From an uncultured Chloroflexia bacterium (GTDB taxonomy: Bacteria; Chloroflexota; Anaerolineae; B4-G1; SLSP01), in contig CAVVUS010000024.1 in NCBI GenBank assembly GCA_963751345.1, forward strand, positions 32,001 through 96,000: a stretch of DNA of 64,000 nt. Reading direction: 5' to 3'. Position numbers and translations under genes: made by a program. Below the pieces are notes generated by a model that saw nothing but the letters and a program-made list of their open reading frames with translations, did no database searches and was not told the origin of the DNA. Shown piece by piece: positions 31,777-40,583 of this stretch. Within the stretch, counting starts at the first letter, position 1. The number at the start of each line of letters is the position of its first letter.

Positions 31777-32787
31777 CCCGACACCTCCTTCACAGCCTTC
31801 ATCAAAGCCAGATAGCGCTCCGGCTCCTCTTCGAAGATATAGGTCACCGGCGTCACGACGACCCCACTGCCCCCGATCGACCGCAACTCGGCAATAACCT
31901 CGATCAACGCGTCACGGCGGACCACAATCTGCACATCGTACCAATTGGGGTTACCGTCGGCAACCATCACAGGGGAGACCGTCGGCCCCTGGAGACCACT
32001 TAGCATCGGCTGCTGGGCCATCCGATCCGCGATGGCCCGCGGCGACTCCCCACGGATATTCGCCACCAGCATATAGTGATCCAGGGCCCTCAGATGTGCT
32101 TCGGTGAACTCAAGCAGGGTACGGGCAATGCTCAACACCTCGGGGCGAGCGCGCAGGGCGGCGCGGTTGGCAATCAGGGCTGCCTGTGAGTGCAGGATCA
32201 CGCCATCTTCGAGCGGCTTGAGCCGGTTGTCCCGAAGGGTCTGCCCGGAAGCAACAAGATCGACGATACAATCCGCGTGGCCAAGCGCAGGCGCGACTTC
32301 GAGCGTTCCCTCGGCGTAGACCAATTCAAAGGGGCCAAGCCCGTGCTCGATGAGGAAAGCTGAGGTCAGATTCGTGAACTTGGTCGCCACACGCAAAGGG
32401 CGGTCCCACGACCGAGCTGTAGCGGTCAGGTCCGCCAGCGTACGAACGTCGGTCCATGCCTCAGGAACTGCTACGGCAAGCCGGCAAGCGCCAAATCCAA
32501 GCGCCTCGTGAAGGATCAGGATCTCGCCTTCGTCTCCGCCGTACTCCTGAGTGACGTCGAGCCCTGTCACACCGAAATCCACGCTGCCATCGCGCACGCT
32601 GACCACCGTGTCCGTCGGTCGCTGGAAGATCACGGTCAGGCCCGGGAGCGCGGGAATCGAGGCCTCATACTGTCGCGGATTGGGCTGGTGGATCTTGAGG
32701 CCACACGCAGCCAGGAACTCCAGTCGTGTCTTCAGCCAGGCGCCCCTTGCTGGGCAGCGACAGCCGGATCTCGCTTCGTTCGGTCAT
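31773..32787 (-). CDS. hisG: ATP phosphoribosyltransferase (long form); indel near 32745
   Basis: IRLSLPSKG at the N-terminus. VATKF, GTLEVAP, IVDLV.SG.TL..N.L and the C-terminal regulatory domain (GPTVSP). AGGAGGAG RBS. Confidence 0.95.
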
Positions 32788-32798
32788 AGCTCCTCCTA

Positions 32799-32832
32799 AA
32801 TGAAAACCCCCCGGTCCAATCCGGGGGGTTTG
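32799..32832 (-). terminator. Attenuator (intrinsic terminator) upstream of hisG
   Basis: Minus strand AAACCCCCCGG-ATTGGA-CCGGGGGGTTT followed by TCATTT. Confidence 0.85.
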
Positions 32833-32870
32833 TTGTTCTGGTTGATCTGCTCAGCCCTGGCGAGGTCTCG

Positions 32871-32957
32871 CTACGTAAGCGAAGCCACACCTCCCGAATC
32901 GGGTGGTGTCCCCTTCGCATGATGATGCAAGCGGCGAACCTTTCCTGGCGCGTTCAT
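32871..32957 (-). CDS. hisL: His operon leader peptide MNAPGKVRRLHHHAKGTPPDSGGVASLT
   Basis: 28-codon ORF with three tandem CAT codons, directly upstream of the attenuator hairpin. Confidence 0.75.
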   Translation of the reverse strand: MNAPGKVRRLHHHAKGTPPDSGGVASLT

Positions 32958-32964
32958 AGTGAAA

Positions 32965-32992
32965 AGAGTACCATAGTTCGTCTGCGTGTCAA
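32965..32992 (-). promoter_or_regulatory. his operon promoter
   Basis: TTGACA-16 nt (ending TGG)-TACTCT, 7 nt before the leader ATG. Confidence 0.7.
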
Positions 32993-33029
32993 GGCATCAG
33001 CAGCCTTGCGAAGGTTCAGAGAACGGTAC

Positions 33030-34019
33030 CTACGGCACCATCAGAACCTTCTTGACCCCCTCCAGTCCCTGCTCGATCATCTCCACACCCCGCGCGAAGT
33101 GCTCGAGCGGCAGATGGTGCGAGACGAGCTCCTTCACCCGGACTTTGCCCGAGGCCAACAACTCCACGGCCTGGTAGCAGTTACGCAGCGAAGTGTAGGA
33201 GGAGCGAATCGTCAGGCCTTTCTCAAAGATGGCGAACGCGTCGAGGCTCAACGCACCATCTCGTGGCGGGACGCCGAAGAGCAGCACCGTCCCCCCTTTG
33301 CGCGCCACGGCAACCGTTTGGGCCATAACCGGAAGCGCACCCGTCGCATCGATGACGACGTCATAGCCATCTCGATCCAGGTCGCTCAGATCCTGCGTCC
33401 ACGCTCGAGCACCTAGCGCCTTGGCCAATTCTCCACGCGCGGATTGGCGCTCCAACACCGTGATATCCGTGGCTCCGCGAAGCCGGGCCACTTGCAGCAG
33501 CAACAGACCAATAGGGCCCGCACCGAGCAGGGCGATCCGATCGGCCATACGAATGTCGGCTCGCTCGATACCGTGCACGACACAGGAGAGTGGCTCCATA
33601 AACGCGGCCTCGTCATACGGAAGCGCCCCGATGTCAAAGACGACCTTCTCGGGAGCGACCACGTACTCGGCCATCCCACCGGCGCGTGTCACGCCTACGG
33701 CCTGCCAATTCAGGCAGAAGTTCTGCCGGTTGTTAAGACAGTTGACACAGTTGTCGCATGCGATGTTCGGCTCGACGGCGACACGGTCACCAACTCGGAA
33801 CCGGTGCACGCGTTCCCCGACCTCCACCACCTCGCCGGCGAACTCGTGACCGGGGACGACGGGGTAACCTCCAAGATACTCACCCCGGAAGATATGAACA
33901 TCGGTGCCGCAGATGCCGCAGGCGGCCACCTTGACCAATACTTCGTCCGGCTCCGGCGTGGGCATCGCGACATCAACAACGCTCATCTCGTTAGGTTGGT
34001 GAATTGTTAAGGCTCTCAT
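33030..34019 (-). CDS. Zinc-dependent alcohol/sugar dehydrogenase (MDR family)
   Basis: CGICGTD, GHEFAG, CxxCxxCx7C, GAGPIG. Confidence 0.93.
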   Translation of the reverse strand: MRALTIHQPNEMSVVDVAMPTPEPDEVLVKVAACGICGTDVHIFRGEYLGGYPVVPGHEFAGEVVEVGERVHRFRVGDRVAVEPNIACDNCVNCLNNRQNFCLNWQAVGVTRAGGMAEYVVAPEKVVFDIGALPYDEAAFMEPLSCVVHGIERADIRMADRIALLGAGPIGLLLLQVARLRGATDITVLERQSARGELAKALGARAWTQDLSDLDRDGYDVVIDATGALPVMAQTVAVARKGGTVLLFGVPPRDGALSLDAFAIFEKGLTIRSSYTSLRNCYQAVELLASGKVRVKELVSHHLPLEHFARGVEMIEQGLEGVKKVLMVP

Positions 34020-34065
34020 ACCACCTCGGCTATGGATCGACTATGATCAGCTAATAAAGGGCGGC

Positions 34066-35002
34066 CTACATCACCAGCCGCTCGTACAGCAGCTCTTGGC
34101 TGAGATTCGGGCAGACCGTGTCGCGGCATGTGAGGGTCTGGGTAGCGGCGGCCATGCCCAGACGCACGGCTTCCTCAGGGGAGACGCCCTCTAGCAGCCC
34201 ATAGGCTACGGCTGCAGTCAGCGCGTCGCCGGCGCCGGTCGGGTCGACGACGTCCACTGCGAAAGCCGGAATGCGCCCGCTCTCTTCGGACGTCGCGTAG
34301 TACAGCCCGCCGGCGCCAAGGGTAATGACGGCAAGCCTGACACCCGCCTGAACGAGCGCCCGCGCACCCGCGCTGATCGCCTCCTCATCCTCCAACGAGG
34401 TGCCCAACAGAGCTTCGGCCTCGTCGCGGTCCGGCGTGATGGCCGTGAGTCCTGAGAGATACGGATTGAGCCGGTGCGCGAGCAGTGCGGCGGTGGGATC
34501 TGCACAGACCGGCACATCGTACTGCACGGCCAGGCGGAAGAGCGTCTTCAGCGTCTGGGGCGAGAGATTCGCATCGACGCAGACCATATCGGCCTCACGG
34601 ACCAAGCGTCGAAGACGATTGAGATAGCCCGGCGTGATTTCGTGCACGATCTCCATGTCGTCAAAGGCGACCTGCAGATGCTTCTTGCTTGTCATAGAGC
34701 GCGACGTATGAAGCCGTCGGGTGTTCGGTCGACACGATAGCGTCATCTGTGTGGATACCCAGATCGCCGAGTTGACGCAGTAGCGCGTGGCCCCACCAGT
34801 CGTCGCCTACCGCTGTGATCAGATGTACATCAGCCCCCAAACGCGCGAGGTTCTCGGCGATGTTGCGCGCGACCCCGCCCCACCCCCAACGAATCTCACC
34901 CGGATTGGATCGCGCCGGCTCTATCGTAGCCTTCCGAGGGCGCACCTTCAGATCCAAGCCGGCAGCGCCAAGCACCAACACGCGATGTTCGCCGTCGTTC
35001 AT
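34066..35002 (-). CDS. PfkB carbohydrate kinase (pseudouridine kinase-like), frameshift near 34680
   Basis: GGVARNIAENLARLG, VDANL, DPTGAGD. Confidence 0.88.
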
Positions 35003-35976
35003 ATCGAATCTTCCTCTCTCAGCAAGATGCGAGGAATTCCTACCAGGCCCTGACCTGAGGACCACGGAGCCCCTGAAGCATCCTGAGCATAGGGCTGGAA
35101 CTCCACGCGCCCATCACTTCGACGCACAAACGGCCTCTCTGCGGTTAACACGAGTTCGTCCGCCCCGGAGCTGGGACCGGTCACCTCGACAACCAGAAGA
35201 TCTCCCTTCCTACCCTGACTCCACAATGTCCCACGCTCCGGGATGCGGATCGCAACGTAGGGCGCAAGGGGACGCAAATAGGGAAACGGTAGCTCACCCA
35301 ATTGCAGCGGTACAATCGTCGGAGGGAGGTATTGGACCAGGATCTCACCGGGTATCCCGACCCAGGTCGTCCTGATGGCGACCACGTCAGTTCGGATGGG
35401 GACACGGTTGACGAACTCATAGACCGGGAGAACCGCGACAACCTCGCCGGGTGATAGCGATTCCTGCACCTCAAGTAACTTTGCCATCCAACGTGCAGCG
35501 CTGCGACAGTCCGCGACACGTCCCGGATTCTCCTCGAGTCCCCAATGACGTTGGCTCTCATCCAGGACGTGCTGGGCATAGGCAAAAGTCTCCACGACAC
35601 GCTCCGTCGCCTGGAGGGAGAAATGGATCACACCCTCTTGATAGACGGCAATTGCCTCGTTGTAGCGAGCTACAGGAGACACCTGGAGTTCCAGCCGACG
35701 CAGGGCGTTGCGAATACAGGCCAGCCCTTCCTCCCACCTCATCAGGCATCGAAACGCTTCAGCCTCATACAGCAAGGCGAGCGCCTGCCCATAGCGATCG
35801 AAGGTGTGCTTTGCCATGTCGAAAGTGCGCTCAGCCTGAGCCAACACGACATCATAGGCCCCAACGTCAAGATGATCCCCGAGTTGGTGAAACCGATCTG
35901 CGAGAGGTTGCGGGACCGCCTGCAGGTCCAGCAAGTGAGGCAGTGCCAAATCCTTCGGCAACGAGATCCAGCGCAT
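34999..35976 (-). CDS. Hypothetical protein: N-terminal TPR-like helices plus C-terminal degenerate peptidase S24/LexA-like beta domain
   Basis: ALALLYEAEAF and AIAVYQEGVIH helices. LPVY...YVAIRIP...GDLLVVE...GRVEFQP...LVGIPRILLR. ATGA coupling to pfkB. Confidence 0.5.
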   Translation of the reverse strand: MRWISLPKDLALPHLLDLQAVPQPLADRFHQLGDHLDVGAYDVVLAQAERTFDMAKHTFDRYGQALALLYEAEAFRCLMRWEEGLACIRNALRRLELQVSPVARYNEAIAVYQEGVIHFSLQATERVVETFAYAQHVLDESQRHWGLEENPGRVADCRSAARWMAKLLEVQESLSPGEVVAVLPVYEFVNRVPIRTDVVAIRTTWVGIPGEILVQYLPPTIVPLQLGELPFPYLRPLAPYVAIRIPERGTLWSQGRKGDLLVVEVTGPSSGADELVLTAERPFVRRSDGRVEFQPYAQDASGAPWSSGQGLVGIPRILLREEDSI

Positions 35977-35986
35977 TTGATGTGAC

Positions 35987-37363
35987 CTAAGCCTCGGTCT
36001 TCTCGGGGCTGCCCGGCAATTGCTTGTCACGCACCTCCGCTTGCGTCACATCCTCCTGCTGGACCGCATTGACGGCCCGAATCAGGTTCTCGGCCTCCTC
36101 ATAGAGCTCTTGCTGGGCCTTTGGACTCCGGTCACCCATCGCGTGGAGAACTTCCATAAAGCTGGCGATAATCAGCTGCGGGGGCACAAACAGTCCGTCA
36201 TTGCGTAGAGACTGCACTTCCTCCAGCACACGGTTGACAAACGTGACTTGGGCCTCGAAACGCGCGGCTTCTGCAAGCTGCTCGTGTGTCGTCTCGGCCT
36301 CCATAGCGTATCGGTCAACCCCTTTCTGGAGCTTCGCCTGCCAGAACTCCAGCCATTGTCGGGAGATTGCGTCTTCAGCGGGGCGAACGGTGGCGAGTTC
36401 CACACGCTCGACAATCACGCCCCGCTCCTTGCCCTTGGATCGCACCGCTGACTCGATCTCATCCTCCAGGTCGGACACAAGCTTGGGGGTCGCGGCGGCC
36501 CGTGGTGGCCCCTCATCCCCCTCCAACCAATACTGGGGGTTAAGCAACTCATCGAGCCGGTGCTGCTCCAGAACGTCGCGGACAGTGGCCTCCAGTACAT
36601 CGCTCGCCATGCCTGAGACCCAATCCACGACCCGTCCCCGGCCTTCAGGCTTGCGCACGCACTGCGACGTCGTCACATAGAAGACGGCCTCCTCCGAGTA
36701 ACCAAAGAGACGATCGCGAGCTACCCCGACTGTCGGAGACAGCGTACCATCCTTCGCGAGCGGCGATTCGGCGTAGCCCGGCGGAGCGATGCGACACACG
36801 AGCGTGGACTGGCAGAGTGCCGGGATTCCGTCTCGCGTGACAAACTCGACCGTCAGCGTGCGCCGCTGCGGACGCAGGTCCACCACACTCCAAACCCGCT
36901 CGAATGACTCCAGGTCGTGCATTCCCGGACCGAGAATACGATGAAGCATGCCCAACCGGCTGGTCACGACCACATTGTTGAGTTCCACGTTCAGCTTCGC
37001 CGGCCCGCCAATCTTGTGCACAATAGGAGGACCGTCGAGATCCGCCTGACCGGCCTGCACCCGAAGGACCGGTGCTCCAGCCAACACACCTGCCCCGAAA
37101 GTCAGATGTGCGACCAGACCGGCAGCCTCCTCAGCGCTCACATCGTGCAGATCCTGGATGTATTGGCGGAGGACGCGCACCATCTGCCACGCCGATATCG
37201 CCAGAGCTACACCGAATCCAACGACCAGAATCAAGAAGTTCACCTGATCCGACGCAGTGATGGTGTAACCGGCCTCGCTCCAGAGCACGATGGGTAAGGA
37301 GGCTGCGAAGGCAAGGAACAGCGCTCCAATGGCCAGCGGCACGAGCAGCTTCGACAGGCTCAA
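35987..37363 (-). CDS. SPFH/band 7 domain membrane protein
   Basis: 2 TM helices, RILGPG, VDLRPQRR, VTRDGIP, GVIVERVEL and a C-terminal coiled coil. Confidence 0.75.
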   Translation of the reverse strand: MSLSKLLVPLAIGALFLAFAASLPIVLWSEAGYTITASDQVNFLILVVGFGVALAISAWQMVRVLRQYIQDLHDVSAEEAAGLVAHLTFGAGVLAGAPVLRVQAGQADLDGPPIVHKIGGPAKLNVELNNVVVTSRLGMLHRILGPGMHDLESFERVWSVVDLRPQRRTLTVEFVTRDGIPALCQSTLVCRIAPPGYAESPLAKDGTLSPTVGVARDRLFGYSEEAVFYVTTSQCVRKPEGRGRVVDWVSGMASDVLEATVRDVLEQHRLDELLNPQYWLEGDEGPPRAAATPKLVSDLEDEIESAVRSKGKERGVIVERVELATVRPAEDAISRQWLEFWQAKLQKGVDRYAMEAETTHEQLAEAARFEAQVTFVNRVLEEVQSLRNDGLFVPPQLIIASFMEVLHAMGDRSPKAQQELYEEAENLIRAVNAVQQEDVTQAEVRDKQLPGSPEKTEA

Positions 37364-38982
37364 CTTTCCTCCCCAAGATCGGAGGGTCCGCCGATTTGCT
37401 CGTAGAGATGTCTCAATGTGGGCAAGGCTGACTCGGGCAGCATGCGCTGCACCTCGGGCGCACCTGCAATCCGGATCAAGCTACTGAGCATGTAGTAAGC
37501 CACCAGATCACGCTGCATAGTATCACCCGTCGCCTGAACCCGCCGGCTGGCCTCTTCGACCATCTCGACCAGAAGTTTCTCGCGGGCCTCCTGTCTGATC
37601 TTTTCGAGAGCCGAAAAACGCTTGCGCTCAACAGCAGCATGCCAGTCCATGACCTTGATAATGAAGCGAGACTTCCACGCCTCAACGTGTTGTTCGATCA
37701 CACCCCGATTCAGAGGCTCAATTGGCCCACCAACCCTACCACCGAAGACATCGAACCCCCGAGACGCCAGAGTCTGCCGCACGGATCTCCAAACGAGTTC
37801 GCCAATCGCAGCCCGTGTCAACGCATCGCCCAACTCCCGGGCTGGTGCAAGTGACAACGCGGCTTCCAGCCGACGGTGCGTCTTGAGCAACTCGCCCTGC
37901 GCATTGACATTCGTCCCACCGGACGCATCGCCTATGGACGCCCCGCCGATAATGCCATCGTAAAGCTGCTCCAGGCTGTAGAACGAGATAGCCTGCTCGA
38001 GCTTGTGCGACGCTACTTTCGTCGGCAGATCTTCCCACGGCTGCGGCACATTTGCGTCCAGTGGGCTGCGACCGGTGGGATCGACTTCCTCGGCAAACAG
38101 TATCTGCAGGATATCCCGTTGGTTTCGATAGGGCCAAGGTTCGTTCAGCCGGATCTGCCGGTGCCCACGACTGACCCTGAAGTAAGACGAAATGGGAACG
38201 CGCACCTCTATGCCATCCCGCGTAATCGCGTCGACAGACGTAGTTCGCACCTGGTTTCGCAGATCCACAACGCGATAAGGCGACTCCCCTGGCCCGGTAA
38301 GGGCTACTCCGGGCCCCACGACACGCCCAATCTGCGAACCGGATCTCAGGATCACGACGTTCTCTGGCTCCGTAATCAGCAGTCCGGATCCCGTTCCGGC
38401 CCAGGGATTCCCTTCAATCCTCGTATGGACCAGCCCCTCCTCGACGACCCATGCGGGCTTCGGCACCCCCGTAAAGAAACCCAACAACATGCCGAGTGCC
38501 TCACGGGACCGATCCTGTATGCCCGGGGCCAGGGGCACAACCGCGGGCGCCCATGTCGACAGCAGCCAGATGGAAAAGAGAGGCGGCATAACCAAGGAAA
38601 CCGAGCAAAGGCCAAGTCTAGCGTACGAAAGACCCGGTGTCACCAGGGCATAGGCGAGGATACCAAGGGTCGCGACGAGAACAAACCCCAGCGCAAACGC
38701 TGAGACTATCTTGTGGCGCCATAGGAATAGCGCATAGCAGCTCAGAGGGAGAAAGATGCTCAGGAGAGCAATATGGACCGGGGAAAGCTCCAGGATTCCC
38801 ATCCATAGGAGACCCGGGATAACCCAGAGCGTCGGCCCCCAGATCCAGACGAGCACATTGGCCGCCGGGCCACCAAACGAGGGCGCGGATTTGGAGGTAG
38901 GAAGATGCTGGCGCAGATACCGGTTCAAGAGAGCGGTGCCCCCAAGATACACCACCAGCAATCCTACCCGCACGGCGACCAT
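37360..38982 (-). CDS. SPFH/band 7 domain membrane protein with multi-TM N-terminus
   Basis: About 5 TM helices, RVVGPG, VDLRNQVR, ITRDGIEV and a coiled-coil tail. GAGGAG RBS before ATG 38982. Confidence 0.72.
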   Translation of the reverse strand: MVAVRVGLLVVYLGGTALLNRYLRQHLPTSKSAPSFGGPAANVLVWIWGPTLWVIPGLLWMGILELSPVHIALLSIFLPLSCYALFLWRHKIVSAFALGFVLVATLGILAYALVTPGLSYARLGLCSVSLVMPPLFSIWLLSTWAPAVVPLAPGIQDRSREALGMLLGFFTGVPKPAWVVEEGLVHTRIEGNPWAGTGSGLLITEPENVVILRSGSQIGRVVGPGVALTGPGESPYRVVDLRNQVRTTSVDAITRDGIEVRVPISSYFRVSRGHRQIRLNEPWPYRNQRDILQILFAEEVDPTGRSPLDANVPQPWEDLPTKVASHKLEQAISFYSLEQLYDGIIGGASIGDASGGTNVNAQGELLKTHRRLEAALSLAPARELGDALTRAAIGELVWRSVRQTLASRGFDVFGGRVGGPIEPLNRGVIEQHVEAWKSRFIIKVMDWHAAVERKRFSALEKIRQEAREKLLVEMVEEASRRVQATGDTMQRDLVAYYMLSSLIRIAGAPEVQRMLPESALPTLRHLYEQIGGPSDLGEES

Positions 38983-39110
38983 GGCTCTTCTCCTCGTATC
39001 CGGCAGACCCACATCAGCGACCTGGCATACAGGCCTGGCGACCACTTTATCACACATTGCGGAAAAAGACGAGGATTGCAGGCATAGCCCGCCGTAGATC
39101 TGCGCGAACC

Positions 39111-39138
39111 TTGCCAAGACCATGAAAGAGGGTAGAAT
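39111..39138 (+). promoter_or_regulatory. Sigma70-type promoter of folC-lon
   Basis: TTGCCA-16 nt-TAGAAT. Confidence 0.5.
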
Positions 39139-39209
39139 CTCGCACTGGTTCACAGCCAATTCTCAGCTTTATCATCCACCCAACCAATAGACTCTGGCAA
39201 GCGAAAACT

Positions 39210-40583
39210 ATGAAATACCATGATGCCTTGCGCTATCTATATGGACTCGTCGACTACGAAAAACGTAGAATCGAGCGGTACACGCCACGGGAGTTCAAGC
39301 TCGAACGCGTCGTCCACCTGCTGGATCTACTGGGAAACCCGCACAGAAGCTATCCGACGCTGCATATTGCCGGCACTAAGGGCAAGGGGTCGGTCTCATC
39401 GATGTTGGCGAGCGTCGCCAGGGCCGGCGGACTCCGCACAGGACTCTACACGTCGCCGCACCTGCACACTTACCGGGAACGCATGCAGATCAACGGAGAG
39501 CCGATCTCCCGCACCATGATGGCCGACCTCGTCGAAGAGATTATGCCCGTCGTCGAACAAGTCCCGGAGGTCACGACCTTCGAGGTAACGACAGCCGTCG
39601 CCTTTCTCTATTTCGAGCGCGAACACGTGGACCTGGGCGTGATGGAGGTGGGACTCGGCGGACGGCTGGATGCGACCAATGTCATCACGCCAGAGATCAG
39701 CGTCATCACCTCGCTCAGCCTCGATCATACGTACCTGCTCGGCAATACCTTGGGGGAGATCGCCTACGAGAAGGCCGGCATCATCAAACCGGGCATCCCC
39801 GTGGTGACGGCTCCGCAGAAACCGGAAGCCCTTGAGGTCTTGCGGCGGATCGCTGCCGAGCGGTCCGCTCCGCTAACCACCGTAGGCGAGGACTGGACGT
39901 GGTCTCCGGTGAGTCGCTCCTGGGATGGACAGTCGCTGCGGGTGGAGCATCCGGCAGCCGCCTCTCTCTTTGAGGGGACCTATAAGGTCGCGCTTCTCGG
40001 CGACTTCCAACAGGAAAACGCGGCGGTGGCCATCGCTGCGACGGCGATGCTCCACGAGCAAGGGCACCCGTGGGCCAACCCCGATACACTGCGCGCCGGC
40101 CTCCAGGCCGTCCGATGGCCGGGGCGTATGGAGGTCCTGAACCACGAGCCACCCATTGTCGTTGATTCTGCCCACAACCCATATTCCGCGGAGACGCTGG
40201 TTGCATCGCTCAAGAGCTGGTTCCCCGACACAACCTGGGTGCTGATTTTCGGAGCTTCCAGCGACAAGAACATCAAGGATATGTTGAAGGCGCTGCTGAC
40301 GATCAGCAAGCACGTCATCGTTACGCGTTCTTACCATCCCCGCGCGGCCACACCCTATGATCTCGCCGATCTGTGTGCTGATCTCGGCCATGGTGCCGAG
40401 ATTGCGATCAATCCAAAGCGTGCACTCGAACAAGCCACCCGCAGACTTGAGCCAGGCTATGGGATCATTGGCACCGGCTCGATTTTCCTGGTCGCGGACG
40501 TGCGCGAGGCGTGGGCACATAATGCGGAGTTGGATCTTCCGATGGGCGACTGGGTCGATGAACCGTGGGAGCGAGAACGTTGA
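39210..40583 (+). CDS. folC: Folylpolyglutamate synthase/dihydrofolate synthase
   Basis: HIAGTKGKGS, TSPHL, EVGLGGRLDATN, WPGR.E, DSAHN. Confidence 0.96.
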   Translation: MKYHDALRYLYGLVDYEKRRIERYTPREFKLERVVHLLDLLGNPHRSYPTLHIAGTKGKGSVSSMLASVARAGGLRTGLYTSPHLHTYRERMQINGEPISRTMMADLVEEIMPVVEQVPEVTTFEVTTAVAFLYFEREHVDLGVMEVGLGGRLDATNVITPEISVITSLSLDHTYLLGNTLGEIAYEKAGIIKPGIPVVTAPQKPEALEVLRRIAAERSAPLTTVGEDWTWSPVSRSWDGQSLRVEHPAAASLFEGTYKVALLGDFQQENAAVAIAATAMLHEQGHPWANPDTLRAGLQAVRWPGRMEVLNHEPPIVVDSAHNPYSAETLVASLKSWFPDTTWVLIFGASSDKNIKDMLKALLTISKHVIVTRSYHPRAATPYDLADLCADLGHGAEIAINPKRALEQATRRLEPGYGIIGTGSIFLVADVREAWAHNAELDLPMGDWVDEPWERER

